From positions 64,001 to 128,000 of IMG/VR virus record IMGVR_UViG_3300028887_000075: a stretch of 64,000 nucleotides of DNA; one strand, written 5' to 3'. The DNA comes from a virus. Lineage: Duplodnaviria > Caudoviricetes. Under the pieces are notes generated by a model. It was not told the origin of the DNA, did no database searches, and saw only the letters and a program-made list of their open reading frames with translations. A program made the position numbers and the translations under genes. Positions 28,356 to 37,993 of this stretch are shown in pieces (within the stretch, counting starts at the first letter, position 1; each line of letters starts with the position of its first letter).

Positions 28356-28502
28356 TGTCAACTCCCGTGTTTTTAGTTAATCTTCCGTAGTTTATCCCTG
28401 ATTGTTTCATTCTGTTTACAATATAGCGGCGAGAAAGATACCGCCCGATGCCGCTAGGCATCGGGGAACCCTTTAGGGCGGTATATGAGAGCCGCTTCCC
28501 TC

Positions 28503-28907
28503 CTATCCCTGGTTCCTAATGTACTCTACGATTGTCTTCTCGGAAACATCCCCTATTGTGGATGCAAAATACCCTCTGGTCCACAGGTGGTGCTGTCCGG
28601 ACCAGTAGTACTGGGTAAGGTAGTAATGGTACTTCTTCCACATCAGGTATGTCGACTGCTGTTTCAGTGCTTTGACGACGTTGTCGATTGATTCACATGG
28701 CCTGATACGGACCAGAAGGTGGACATGGTCCTGGTCGACCTCGGCAATCTCGACATGGAACCTACCGTTCTTTTCGGCAGCGTCGTCCATGGCAGCTAGA
28801 AGGTCATCCCGTATTGGGTTAAGTACCTTGCGGCGGTACTTGGTGGAGAAGATTAGGTGGTACCTCAGGAAGGTCTTTGCGTGTCCGAAACGTTCATACT
28901 TGCTCAT
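28503..28907 (-). CDS. tnpA: IS200-family Y1 (HUH) transposase
   Basis: YHLIFSTKYRRK, DHVHLL (HUH), LWTRGYFASTIG, YIRNQ catalytic Tyr. Confidence 0.95.
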   Translation of the reverse strand: MSKYERFGHAKTFLRYHLIFSTKYRRKVLNPIRDDLLAAMDDAAEKNGRFHVEIAEVDQDHVHLLVRIRPCESIDNVVKALKQQSTYLMWKKYHYYLTQYYWSGQHHLWTRGYFASTIGDVSEKTIVEYIRNQG

Positions 28908-28990
28908 GCAATAAAATATAGTTATTTTTTCGAAAAAAAGTCTTGCATTTTTAAGAAAAAATAACTAAATTATGTTATAAACTTAATGGT

Positions 28991-30268
28991 ATGAGCATGA
29001 CCGAAGAACAGCGACTTGCGAAGAACGCTTCAATCAGGGAAGCGATGAAGGCTACGCACGAGAAGCGCAAGTCGCAGGTCTGCCGTGTCTATATGCTGAA
29101 GGTACAGAAGAATGCCTTGTCAGCAAGACAGAAAGAAGACTTCAAGATGCTGTTCGTAGAAGCAAAGTGGCTGTACAACGACATCCTCAATTATGGTTCC
29201 GTTAAGGGGCAGTCCATCTTCGACTACGAGATTGGAAATACAGTAGAGGTTAAGCTTCCGGACGGGACATTCGACGGGCGAAGCCTGGACCATATCGGTT
29301 CGCAGATGAAGCAGTCCGTCTATGCCGACATCAAGGCTTCCATCAAGGCTTTGTCGAAGCTCAAGAAGAATGGATTCAAGGTAGGGAGGCTGAAGTTCAA
29401 GTCCGAAATCGGTGCAGTGTCCTTGAAGCAGTACGGAACGACCTACAAGTTCCATAACGACCACTTGGTAAAGATACAGAATATTCACGGTCTGGTACGA
29501 GTAAACGGTCTCGACCAGATTAAGGACAATGTAGAGTTCGCCAATGCGAAACTCCTCAACAGGGCTGACGGCTACTATCTGGCAGTCACGACCTATACAG
29601 AAAGAAAACCGTATTCCAACCGGCCTCACGCTGATGTCGGTATCGACATGGGTTGTCATACCTCCTTCACCTTTTCAACGGGCGAGGAGATAGACGTCAA
29701 GATTAAGGAACCGGAGCACCTGAAAAGACTGCAACGCAAGCAGAACAGACAGAAGAAGGGCTCCAATGGTCGAAGGCGAACAATCCACAAGATACGGAAA
29801 CAGCATCAGCGGCTGGTTAACCGAAAGAACGACAGGGCTAACAAGATTGTTGCCGACTTAAATAATAGGTTCAGCCTTATATACATCCAGGATGAAAACC
29901 TGTCCGGATGGCAGAAGGACGGACATGGCAAGGCGGTGCAGCACAGTTGCCTTGGACGTGTCAAGGCGAAACTGAAAGCGCAGGATAACGTCTATGTCGT
30001 TGACCGATGGGAACCCACCACGCAGAAGTGCATCAACTGTGGCAAGAAACATCCTATGCCACAGAACGAACGCACTTTCAGGTGTGATTGTGGAATGTGT
30101 ATGCCCAGGGACCTTCATTCGGCTAACCGCATGGTTCAGGAAGGTAGGAAACTAGTACCTCCGGAACGGAGGGAGTTCATGAGCGCTGACTGGTGGACCT
30201 CATATATCCTGCCCTGTCTCGGGCGGGACAAGTCCGCTGGGGTGACGCGCGAAGCTGCCACCCTTTAG
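28991..30268 (+). CDS. tnpB: RNA-guided endonuclease TnpB
   Basis: RuvC-I VGIDMG, RuvC-II region IQDENL, Zn finger TTQKCINCG...FRCDCG, RuvC-III RDLHSA. Confidence 0.92.
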   Translation: MSMTEEQRLAKNASIREAMKATHEKRKSQVCRVYMLKVQKNALSARQKEDFKMLFVEAKWLYNDILNYGSVKGQSIFDYEIGNTVEVKLPDGTFDGRSLDHIGSQMKQSVYADIKASIKALSKLKKNGFKVGRLKFKSEIGAVSLKQYGTTYKFHNDHLVKIQNIHGLVRVNGLDQIKDNVEFANAKLLNRADGYYLAVTTYTERKPYSNRPHADVGIDMGCHTSFTFSTGEEIDVKIKEPEHLKRLQRKQNRQKKGSNGRRRTIHKIRKQHQRLVNRKNDRANKIVADLNNRFSLIYIQDENLSGWQKDGHGKAVQHSCLGRVKAKLKAQDNVYVVDRWEPTTQKCINCGKKHPMPQNERTFRCDCGMCMPRDLHSANRMVQEGRKLVPPERREFMSADWWTSYILPCLGRDKSAGVTREAATL

Positions 30269-30284
30269 GGTGGCGGTAGTTCAC
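30155..30284 (+). ncRNA. TnpB omegaRNA (reRNA) scaffold; guide would be the flank AATATATATTTAAAAT...
   Basis: Overlaps the tnpB 3' end and right end; conserved with covariation in the copy at 52165-52294; 5' boundary is only the limit of homology. Confidence 0.7.
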
Positions 30285-30316
30285 AATATATATTTAAAAT
30301 GACCACACCGGTAGAT

Positions 30317-30323
30317 ATAAACT
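30317..30323 (+). promoter_or_regulatory. ATAAACT candidate late-promoter motif
   Basis: Same 7-mer lies upstream of genes starting at 10774(-), 19392(-), 28355(-) and 63593(+). Confidence 0.5.
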
Positions 30324-30351
30324 CTCTTTCCGAAGAACGAAGGGTTCCAAG

Positions 30352-30945
30352 ATGACCGAAATAGCCAAGCAGTTCTGTACATTCATCGAGAGCGAATGCG
30401 GCAGGCTCAACTGCCCCGACATGATTCCCGCCCTCAAGCAGGGATTCCATATCATTTGCGAGTCCTCCGAGCAGCTTGACATTTCCGATACCGGCCCGTT
30501 CGACATGGACTACGGCGCATGGGAAGGCGATGACTTCTGGAAGTTCACTCCCGGTACTTCCCTCGGCGAACTCCGGCTGACTCTCAACCTCCCGGCCTGG
30601 TTCAAGGCTTCCGGAGTGGCAGGCCTGCTTTCCGCCGACGAATTTGCCGGTATACTCGACGGCTGGCGCGGTGAGAACCTCAGGAACGACAACTTCGGCA
30701 CGGCCTCCATAAGCGGATGGTATTCCCGTCCTGGACAGTATGACCCGGGTGACGGCGACTGCCACTGCCGAATCGATACCCTCCCCTCCGAGGACGAGCT
30801 CTCCGGATTGCTTTCCAACGACATCGACTTCATCCAGGACACCACGTGTCCCGACCTTGGGAAGCCCGGGGTCAAGGAAGCCCTGATGTCCTCCGTACCG
30901 GAACTCGCCTCCGAACTAGCCACCTACATAGGATACGAGGACTGA
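30352..30945 (+). CDS. Acidic hypothetical protein, candidate virion-internal
   Basis: N-terminal PDMIPALKQGFHIICES motif; ATAAACT upstream. Confidence 0.7.
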   Translation: MTEIAKQFCTFIESECGRLNCPDMIPALKQGFHIICESSEQLDISDTGPFDMDYGAWEGDDFWKFTPGTSLGELRLTLNLPAWFKASGVAGLLSADEFAGILDGWRGENLRNDNFGTASISGWYSRPGQYDPGDGDCHCRIDTLPSEDELSGLLSNDIDFIQDTTCPDLGKPGVKEALMSSVPELASELATYIGYED

Positions 30946-30948
30946 CCC

Positions 30949-32178
30949 ATGTCTCTACCGGTGCCTACACAGGGTCTTCCCGATGAACTTTCCGACGCTC
31001 TCGCCGGGGGCTACCGGTATATACTGGAAGGCGTTGGTGACGCCCGCAAGGCGGAAACCCTGTACGGTTACTTCCTCCCACTGATATTCAACGACATATT
31101 CAGCAAGGATAGCCTTAACAGGCTGTACCGGTTCGCCAACAGCAAGGACGGAGAGTATGTCACAGTATCCTCCCGGGAGGAGTTCAAGGACCTTGAAAAG
31201 GGCCAGCCCCTGGTGGTCAGGTTCACCAGGAGCAACTGCCACCCGTCCTACAACGAGCAGCTTAACGTCATCGAGGTGCCGATAATGCCGTTCCTGGCGC
31301 ACGCCCAGTACAGCCTGGTTTACGGAAAGACCCGGGAGAAGCCCCTGTATCTGAAGGTGGCCATGCCGTTCGAGGAGATGTGCAGGCAGCTGGCGAAGGC
31401 ATGGCGGGAGAACACTCCAGGTACTTACGACACCACCTGCCTGCGGGATACCATCCTGCACGAGTTCACCCATTGGTACGACTTCCGGCTGAAAAGGAAG
31501 ACTATAATCAACCCCGACCGGAAGAAACCGGCATACCCAGACAGCGCCGAGGGCGAATATTCCGCCTGGAAGGACGAGAACTTCCCCAGGTACGTCAGCT
31601 CCCGGTTCTCCGGGGACGATGCCGACCTGCTCCAGGTTCCCGACTGGGTCAACCCGGACGTCATGTGGAAGGTCAAGAGGATTCGCCGGCAGATTGCCGA
31701 GAACATATCCCGGAAGAACCGGGGTCTTGCCGAAATCCCCCTCTCCGAGGAGGACGACGCCTACATCGACTGGTTCCGCAAGATGAGCAACCGGCACAAG
31801 GCGAAGGGATACCATGCGAACACGGCCGAGCTTTCCGCAAGGATTGTCGAGCAGGTTCCCTGGCTCATCGAACTGAAGGACAAGGCGGACGCCAAGGGTG
31901 AGAAGATACCGGTCCACCCGACGCTCGAGCAGATGCTTGACCGGATATTCGACATCCACCCGGACGGACCCGGGTTCATGCACGACAAGCACGAACTTAC
32001 GAAGACCCTGGTGCTCCCCGGTGCCTACCGGAGTGCAGCCCGGAGGTGCTTCAAGCTCATAAACGCGGCCAACGAGGCTATCTTCGCGGTCAACTATGGC
32101 TACCGGGAGAAGGTAGGGCAGATGCTGGGCGCACTGCAGCGCGAGGCAGGCCCGCAGCATGCCGACATGAAGTTCTAG
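30949..32178 (+). CDS. Putative zincin metallopeptidase-domain protein
   Basis: ILHEFTH (HExxH) plus distal Y....E..AR; N-terminal PDELSDALAGGYRYILEG motif. Confidence 0.6.
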   Translation: MSLPVPTQGLPDELSDALAGGYRYILEGVGDARKAETLYGYFLPLIFNDIFSKDSLNRLYRFANSKDGEYVTVSSREEFKDLEKGQPLVVRFTRSNCHPSYNEQLNVIEVPIMPFLAHAQYSLVYGKTREKPLYLKVAMPFEEMCRQLAKAWRENTPGTYDTTCLRDTILHEFTHWYDFRLKRKTIINPDRKKPAYPDSAEGEYSAWKDENFPRYVSSRFSGDDADLLQVPDWVNPDVMWKVKRIRRQIAENISRKNRGLAEIPLSEEDDAYIDWFRKMSNRHKAKGYHANTAELSARIVEQVPWLIELKDKADAKGEKIPVHPTLEQMLDRIFDIHPDGPGFMHDKHELTKTLVLPGAYRSAARRCFKLINAANEAIFAVNYGYREKVGQMLGALQREAGPQHADMKF

Positions 32179-32648
32179 CCGCAGCGGGCTTTCGTGCCAT
32201 CATATGTAACTGTAGTATCAGGGCATTTCATCAGCAACAGTGAATTATTGCTATTATCAGTAATGGCAGTGTCCCCGTAATCGTAGATGATAAAATTGGT
32301 GCACCGATTAAGCATATGATGAATGTATTTGCTAGAAACAACATCATCTATCACATCGTGCACAGTACAGTCATCATAACTTGCGGTATCGGTTATTCTA
32401 CCATGTATAGGGAAAAATGGCATGCTTAGTGCTTGTCCAACATACTTGAACCCTATATTTACCGAATCTTTTGAGATGTTAACCGAGGCTATCTGATATG
32501 TATATTTACATGTAGTACCTGTGCACCAAAATACTTTATAGCCATGAAACGCCCCTGCATACAGTGGGCATGACAGCGAGAGTATGCTTATAACACTAAT
32601 TATCTTATTTTTGATATGGTTTAAATACTTGCACATATAGTTCTCCAT
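32175..32648 (-). CDS. AT-rich secreted hypothetical protein
   Basis: Signal-like segment; TTGCTATATTTA on the minus strand at 32672-32683. Confidence 0.6.
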   Translation of the reverse strand: MENYMCKYLNHIKNKIISVISILSLSCPLYAGAFHGYKVFWCTGTTCKYTYQIASVNISKDSVNIGFKYVGQALSMPFFPIHGRITDTASYDDCTVHDVIDDVVSSKYIHHMLNRCTNFIIYDYGDTAITDNSNNSLLLMKCPDTTVTYDGTKARCG

Positions 32649-32671
32649 ATCATATAACTGGTTGCACTACA

Positions 32672-32729
32672 TAAATATAGCAAAAATTGTAGCACATGAC
32701 TATTCATGCATTATTTTTTGCTATATTTG
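32672..32729. promoter_or_regulatory. Divergent pair of TTGCTATATTT promoter motifs
   Basis: Minus-strand copy 32672-32683 and plus-strand copy 32718-32729. Confidence 0.7.
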
Positions 32730-32734
32730 TTGGT

Positions 32735-33949
32735 ATGAAGACCAAAGAAGAACTCATAGCTGGTATAATTGATGCCATCAAAAATGCTCCTTTGCTGGAT
32801 GACCCGACCGAAATCGACTCAACCGAGCTGATTGACATGTGCTTCCAGGGAAACTTCTGCAACCGCATAAAGACGGTTATTGACCGTATTTCACCTGAAG
32901 GACCAGATAAAATCCTTGAATACTGCCGGTCCAGAGGAGCCGAATTCCACGATATGCAATCGAGACATACCGATGATATTCGACAGTTCAAGAATGCCTT
33001 CGTATCAAACAAGGCAGTAAACAATGTACCGCTATACCCATGTAATGTACATGTCACATCAGAACAACCGCTTAGATTCGGCATCAGGCTATCCGGGTTT
33101 GATACTGATATGATACTGAATGGAGTTACGGTCGAGAAACTGAAAGAACTGCTGGCCAGCATACCCGGCCTTGACATGGTTGCCGATGACTATCCAGTCA
33201 ATGACATCAGGTGTCCCGTATGTGGTTCGAACTGGCAGCTCTTTGGAGATAATCCCATAGTGCACTGTGCAAAATGCAACTCCCACTGGGTACTATATAC
33301 ACGTCGTCTGCTAGGGTGTTCGGGATTCATGGACCCGGTAAGCCTAGCGCACGGAAAGGGCCACGCGATGCAGAAGGCCTATCTTAAGAACACCGGATAC
33401 GAGCTGAAGAACCCGACTTCGATAGAACGAATCAAAAGAGTTATCCACAAAATTCCCGGCGACAAGGTGGTAAAGCTTGTAGGCACAACCGGGAAGTATG
33501 CCGGGTGGCACATGACCTTCATTGTGAACGCAGGTTCTATCGCGAACGAGCCACACTTCGACGAATGTGTTGACCAAACTCTGGTGTCGTGTAACTATAG
33601 TGGGGACCGGTATATCGGAAATGCATGTTCCGAATGTATGAGTATCGTGATACGGACACCAAAATGTACCGATGCTGACCTTGAAGAGTTATCGGCAGTC
33701 GCCGGTACGAAATACCAGGTACCTTGTGATACTTACAATATCAGTATGGTGGCAGGTAGACTGGTTGCGCTAGATGTAGAAACCTTGGCGAACTCGTATA
33801 GGAAGGACGAGGTACCCGGTGACCACTACGCTGACCTGGCAAGACTGTGCCCGTGGTTCAACGATGACCCACAGGCAATTGGCGGAGAATCACATGAAAC
33901 GTCAGGTATCACGATATTTACCGGTTATAATAGGAAAATTGTCAACTAG
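32735..33949 (+). CDS. Hypothetical protein with Zn ribbon
   Basis: CPVCG...HCAKC; ATG 5 nt after the promoter motif. Confidence 0.65.
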   Translation: MKTKEELIAGIIDAIKNAPLLDDPTEIDSTELIDMCFQGNFCNRIKTVIDRISPEGPDKILEYCRSRGAEFHDMQSRHTDDIRQFKNAFVSNKAVNNVPLYPCNVHVTSEQPLRFGIRLSGFDTDMILNGVTVEKLKELLASIPGLDMVADDYPVNDIRCPVCGSNWQLFGDNPIVHCAKCNSHWVLYTRRLLGCSGFMDPVSLAHGKGHAMQKAYLKNTGYELKNPTSIERIKRVIHKIPGDKVVKLVGTTGKYAGWHMTFIVNAGSIANEPHFDECVDQTLVSCNYSGDRYIGNACSECMSIVIRTPKCTDADLEELSAVAGTKYQVPCDTYNISMVAGRLVALDVETLANSYRKDEVPGDHYADLARLCPWFNDDPQAIGGESHETSGITIFTGYNRKIVN

Positions 33950-33957
33950 GAACTACA

Positions 33958-34830
33958 ATGGAAAACAATTCTACCGAAAGAAGACCCACGCTGGGAGAGT
34001 CGATGAAGGCCCTCGAGTACCCGTTCACCCACGGGAACGTAGACTTCAGCGACAACAAGACCGTATTCGGCGAGGTCGCCATACCGGAAGGCTCCTGGTG
34101 CATCATCAGGGTCGACGGGAGGGCGTTCCACACGTACACCCGCCCGTTCAAGAAGGACGGCCCGTTCTCAGCCAAGATAATAGCGGCAATGAACTCCGCC
34201 GCCGAAGCGCTGCTCAACGAGTTCAAGCCCGAGCTGGTCTACTGGCAGTCCGACGAGATTACCCTGGTAATCCCCCCGGAACGAATCCCGTTCTCCGGAA
34301 AGACCCACAAGCTGAACTCCATCGCGGCCTCGGTAGCCACCGCGGCATTCAACCGGGAGATGGTCCTGGTAGATGTGCCCGACGCTATCTTCGACGCCCG
34401 TGCGTTCGCCGGCGACCGAGAGGACTGTGCCCTGTGCATCATGTGGCGCCAGCGGGACTGCATAAAGAACTCCGTATCGGCTGCAGCCCAGTCCGTCTAC
34501 AGCCACAAGCAGCTCGAGGGCAAGAATACCGAAGACAAGATTTCCATGATGGCCGAGAAGGGTCTCGACTGGCATGCATACACCTACGGCATCAAGTACG
34601 GCACCTTCATCAGGAAGGTAAACGTCGAGATTCCCGTGGACGAGCTGACGTCCGAAATCCCGGAGAAGGAACTGGAGAGAATACGCGCAAACGGCGGTAC
34701 GGTCACCCGTTCCCAGCTGGATTTCCCAAAGTATCCGGTACTTACCACCGTGGCCAACCTCGAGGGCATGCTCTTCGACGGTGAAGAACCCATTGCAAAG
34801 GAACAAACACATGAAGAAACCGACGTTTAA
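33958..34830 (+). CDS. tRNA(His) guanylyltransferase Thg1-like 3'-5' polymerase
   Basis: IRVDGRAFHTYT, YWQSDEITL, FDARAF, WRQRDC.KNS. Confidence 0.9.
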   Translation: MENNSTERRPTLGESMKALEYPFTHGNVDFSDNKTVFGEVAIPEGSWCIIRVDGRAFHTYTRPFKKDGPFSAKIIAAMNSAAEALLNEFKPELVYWQSDEITLVIPPERIPFSGKTHKLNSIAASVATAAFNREMVLVDVPDAIFDARAFAGDREDCALCIMWRQRDCIKNSVSAAAQSVYSHKQLEGKNTEDKISMMAEKGLDWHAYTYGIKYGTFIRKVNVEIPVDELTSEIPEKELERIRANGGTVTRSQLDFPKYPVLTTVANLEGMLFDGEEPIAKEQTHEETDV

Positions 34831-34963
34831 GGAAGTGCTCGAACTCATTTCCAACGCTGTCAAGATTCTCGTTGCTGTCGACGCAGCAATCAAGATTTAC
34901 CGATTCTTCCGTCCGAAGAAGTGCACCTGCGACTGCAAGTGCAAGAAGGCCTTGATGGAGTAA
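34811..34963 (+). CDS. Small hypothetical protein with Cys-rich tail
   Basis: AAGGA RBS; KKCTCDCKCKK. Confidence 0.5.
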   Translation: MKKPTFKEVLELISNAVKILVAVDAAIKIYRFFRPKKCTCDCKCKKALME

Positions 34964-34966
34964 GGT

Positions 34967-35719
34967 ATGCCCAAGGAACTGTCCTGCGGCTTCATACTAT
35001 TCGACCTCTACTCGGGGAACGTACTCGGGTGCCACCCGGCGAACGGCCGGAAGGGACCCGAGATGGCCTTCGACATACCCAAGGGACACCTGGAAGCGGG
35101 CGAGACGCCACTGCAGGCTGCCACCCGGGAGCTCCGGGAGGAGACCGGCATCGTATTGCCGGAAGGGACGTATATCCACGAGATTGGACATGTTCCCTAC
35201 CAGACCAAGAAGTCACTGCACCTGTTCTCCGCGGCAATCCCGGGGCTTGCCGAGATGGTGACCGGTGACCGCCTGAAGTGCTCCACGGACTTCACCGACC
35301 ACTTCGGGAACGTGAAGCCGGAGGTCGACTCGTACACCCTGACCGGGTTCCACGAGTGGTTCTTCAAGAACATGCAGAAGCATGTCAGGGACGAGATGGA
35401 CAGGGCTCTGCCCCCAGAGCCGATGGTGGTAATCACCGGCTATACCGAGGCAGGGAACAAGTTCCGGACTGCAACCGTGATGCCGTACATTACAATCCAG
35501 AAGCTGCTGGACGACATCGAGTATGCCTCCGACCGGAACCTGCACCCGAACGGGTTCTCCTTTGACTTCATGGGTGCATCTTTCGACTCGGAGGACGTTA
35601 TCTTCGCCATAAGGAACCCGTGGAAGGTGGATGTGGAGGGTATCTGCACATCTGAGCACCAGTTCCCATTCGAGGAGTGGCGGGAGATTTTGTTAGACGA
35701 GACAGGAGAAAACGAATGA
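34967..35719 (+). CDS. Nudix hydrolase with C-terminal extension
   Basis: SCG.I...DIPKGHLEAGETPLQAATRELREETGI Nudix box (Ap4A-hydrolase/NudE-like). Confidence 0.85.
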   Translation: MPKELSCGFILFDLYSGNVLGCHPANGRKGPEMAFDIPKGHLEAGETPLQAATRELREETGIVLPEGTYIHEIGHVPYQTKKSLHLFSAAIPGLAEMVTGDRLKCSTDFTDHFGNVKPEVDSYTLTGFHEWFFKNMQKHVRDEMDRALPPEPMVVITGYTEAGNKFRTATVMPYITIQKLLDDIEYASDRNLHPNGFSFDFMGASFDSEDVIFAIRNPWKVDVEGICTSEHQFPFEEWREILLDETGENE

Positions 35720-36285
35720 GATTGCCGACAAAGCAAGAGCTTGACAAGCGCTTCGCCTTCGACGAGGGCGAACTGTTCCGTACAATCCGTGTGGACACCC
35801 TCCCGGTGACAATCGATAAGATGAATGACGTTTCCGGCTCAAGGTGTTCGATAATCGCCGGTGGACATCTGATTGCCGAGTACTTCATCCACAATGAAAC
35901 CAAGCTATGCTACCTGATTGAGCTCTGCAGGCTGGAACTGTGCAAGACCGGCGTAACCAGCAGGCAGATACTGGACTTTGACTGGGATGACCTTGAAGCG
36001 ATGATAATCCCGGGAAAGGCCAGCAATGCATGTCTTGCCAAGCTGGAAAAGCGCATGCAGGAGGGCATCCATGCGTTCAACCTGACTGTTGCTGCCTCGG
36101 TGGCTGCCCCGACGTTCTGCAACGCGTATGCGACCGGATTCAAGTATCCGAAAAAGCCGACACCTATAGACTTCAGGGCATGGCACCTTATCCGGGCGGC
36201 CGCATCGGGCAACTTCGGCATGGCCTGTCTCAACGTGTTCAAGATGACTACATCAACGCAGCAGAACAAGCCCAATATCTCGTGA
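35716..36285 (+). CDS. Hypothetical protein
   Basis: ATGA overlap with Nudix stop, AGGAG RBS. Confidence 0.6.
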   Translation: MRLPTKQELDKRFAFDEGELFRTIRVDTLPVTIDKMNDVSGSRCSIIAGGHLIAEYFIHNETKLCYLIELCRLELCKTGVTSRQILDFDWDDLEAMIIPGKASNACLAKLEKRMQEGIHAFNLTVAASVAAPTFCNAYATGFKYPKKPTPIDFRAWHLIRAAASGNFGMACLNVFKMTTSTQQNKPNIS

Positions 36286-36485
36286 GCTGGAACGACCGTA
36301 TCACCAAGAACGACAGCATGCGGTTCACGGACCGGCAGGAAGCCTTCCGGAAGGCCTGGGCCATGCGCCGGGAGCCTACGGTGAACGACGTATCCGTAGA
36401 CATGATAACCGAGATTGCTGAACCGATAAGAGAATCGGAATGGAACCCCATGTATGATATCCTTAAGGAGAAAAAATGGAGATAA
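36282..36485 (+). CDS. Small hypothetical protein
   Basis: GTGA start/stop overlap. Confidence 0.45.
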   Translation: MSWNDRITKNDSMRFTDRQEAFRKAWAMRREPTVNDVSVDMITEIAEPIRESEWNPMYDILKEKKWR

Positions 36486-37330
36486 TGCTTAACGGACAGC
36501 TCGTATCATGCTCCCCCAAGGAGTATAAGGAGCTTATGGACATGGGTCTCATCCCGGGGCAGCCGGCAGGTACCAGTGCAGCTCCCGTGGCGGACTGGCA
36601 TGAGGAACTGCGCCAGATTATAGAGAAGTATCCCAAGATTGCACCGGAGAAACCCAAGTTTGGCTCTATCGCGGTCACACCGATGTACGGATGCGCTGTT
36701 CCTGCCGAGGAGGCCAAGAAGCCAGTATATGCAATAAACCTTGCCGACAGTAAGCCTATCGCATATCTAAGGAAAGGGGCATTCGATTTATTAGAAGAGG
36801 GCACTGCCCTGAATAGGGCGGCCACCCCGCGGGTTACTACTGAACTGTGCGCTGCCCTGCTCTTCACGTCGAAAGATGCGGCCAGCAAGTTCTGTGACAA
36901 ATGGAACGACTGCAAGAGCCACGCGGATTCACAGGTAAAGTTCTGCGAGGTGGAAATTCCGCCGAATGCAACCCTCACATTCCGCGGGCAAGGGCGGGTG
37001 GAGATTTCCGACTTCGACATGGAGTCCCTTTCCCTTACCGGGAAAGTCAAGCAGGATTCCGAGCTAAAGGTAGAGCCGACAGTGACGGTATACCTGTTGA
37101 GATTCAACGATTCCGACGAACCGACCTACCTAAGCAAGGAAGCATACGGCAAGATGTTCAACGGAGGTGGCTTTATCAAGACAACGTTCTTGTACGATGC
37201 GCTCGTGTTCAATGATAGGGAACGTGCGGACAAGTTCGCCGAGGACTATAACGTACGCTGTGTCAGGCCGATGCTTACTGTAGTCTCCATGGAGCTACCG
37301 GCATCTTACGTAGTGGAGACCCCCGACTGA
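36476..37330 (+). CDS. Hypothetical protein with an internal duplicated domain
   Basis: VYAINLADS.P.AYL...ALLF...A.KF...WN recurs as VYLLRFNDS..PTYL...ALVF...A.KF...YN. Confidence 0.65.
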   Translation: MEIMLNGQLVSCSPKEYKELMDMGLIPGQPAGTSAAPVADWHEELRQIIEKYPKIAPEKPKFGSIAVTPMYGCAVPAEEAKKPVYAINLADSKPIAYLRKGAFDLLEEGTALNRAATPRVTTELCAALLFTSKDAASKFCDKWNDCKSHADSQVKFCEVEIPPNATLTFRGQGRVEISDFDMESLSLTGKVKQDSELKVEPTVTVYLLRFNDSDEPTYLSKEAYGKMFNGGGFIKTTFLYDALVFNDRERADKFAEDYNVRCVRPMLTVVSMELPASYVVETPD

Positions 37331-37480
37331 TGCGCCGCCCGTCAAAACCGACTTACGAATGCATCGGCGACCTAGAGGAGGCCGCCGACCTGGGCGAGTT
37401 CTACAACGGAATCTACTACCGCGACCAGTATATCAAGAAACTGGAAAGATACGCTAATTTTCTTGAAAAGGAACTGAAAC

Positions 37481-37993
37481 ATGCAAAAGACAATTAAACC
37501 TACAAAGGGACCCTACCGCCGGTATACCCGGGAGGATTGCGAGAGGATTGCCAGGAAGTACAGGACACTCAAGGCGTTTCGCGAGAACGATAAGCCGGTC
37601 ATGATGAAGGCATGGCGCGAAGGATGGCTCGACGACTACACCTGGCTCTCCCGGAGCCACCTCCCGAGGAATACCTGGACCGAACGCGCATGCCGTGCCG
37701 AGGCGAAGAAGTATTCCTCCCTGTCGGAATTCAGGAAGGCGTCCCTCCCGGCGTACGCCACGGCGCAGAAGAACGGCTGGCTCAAGGAATACAAGTGGCT
37801 GGAACGCAGGCACGTCAAGGCGTTCACCCTCAAGGAATGCACCCGGATAGCCCTGAAGTACGACACGCTGAGGCAGTTCCGCTTCGACAACTGGACGGCA
37901 TACGCCGCCGCATCCAGGAACGGGTGGCTCAAGAACTTCACCTGGCTGGAACGGTACGTGTCCCGCAAGAGGAAGATTAAGAGGAAGAAATGA
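37481..37993 (+). CDS. Basic protein of three ~49-aa tandem repeats, probable DNA-binding
   Basis: 3x (Y/W/F)T.E.C...A.KY..L..FR.....A...GWL....WL.R. Confidence 0.7.
   Translation: MQKTIKPTKGPYRRYTREDCERIARKYRTLKAFRENDKPVMMKAWREGWLDDYTWLSRSHLPRNTWTERACRAEAKKYSSLSEFRKASLPAYATAQKNGWLKEYKWLERRHVKAFTLKECTRIALKYDTLRQFRFDNWTAYAAASRNGWLKNFTWLERYVSRKRKIKRKK

Larger units (their letters stand above)
28420..30284 (+). mobile_element. IS200/IS605-family element with divergent tnpA and tnpB
   Basis: Inserted 3' of TTAC (28416-28419); left-end AAAG guide + hairpin; right-end GAAG + GCCACCCT-TT-AGGGTGGC hairpin ending TTCAC. Confidence 0.9.
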
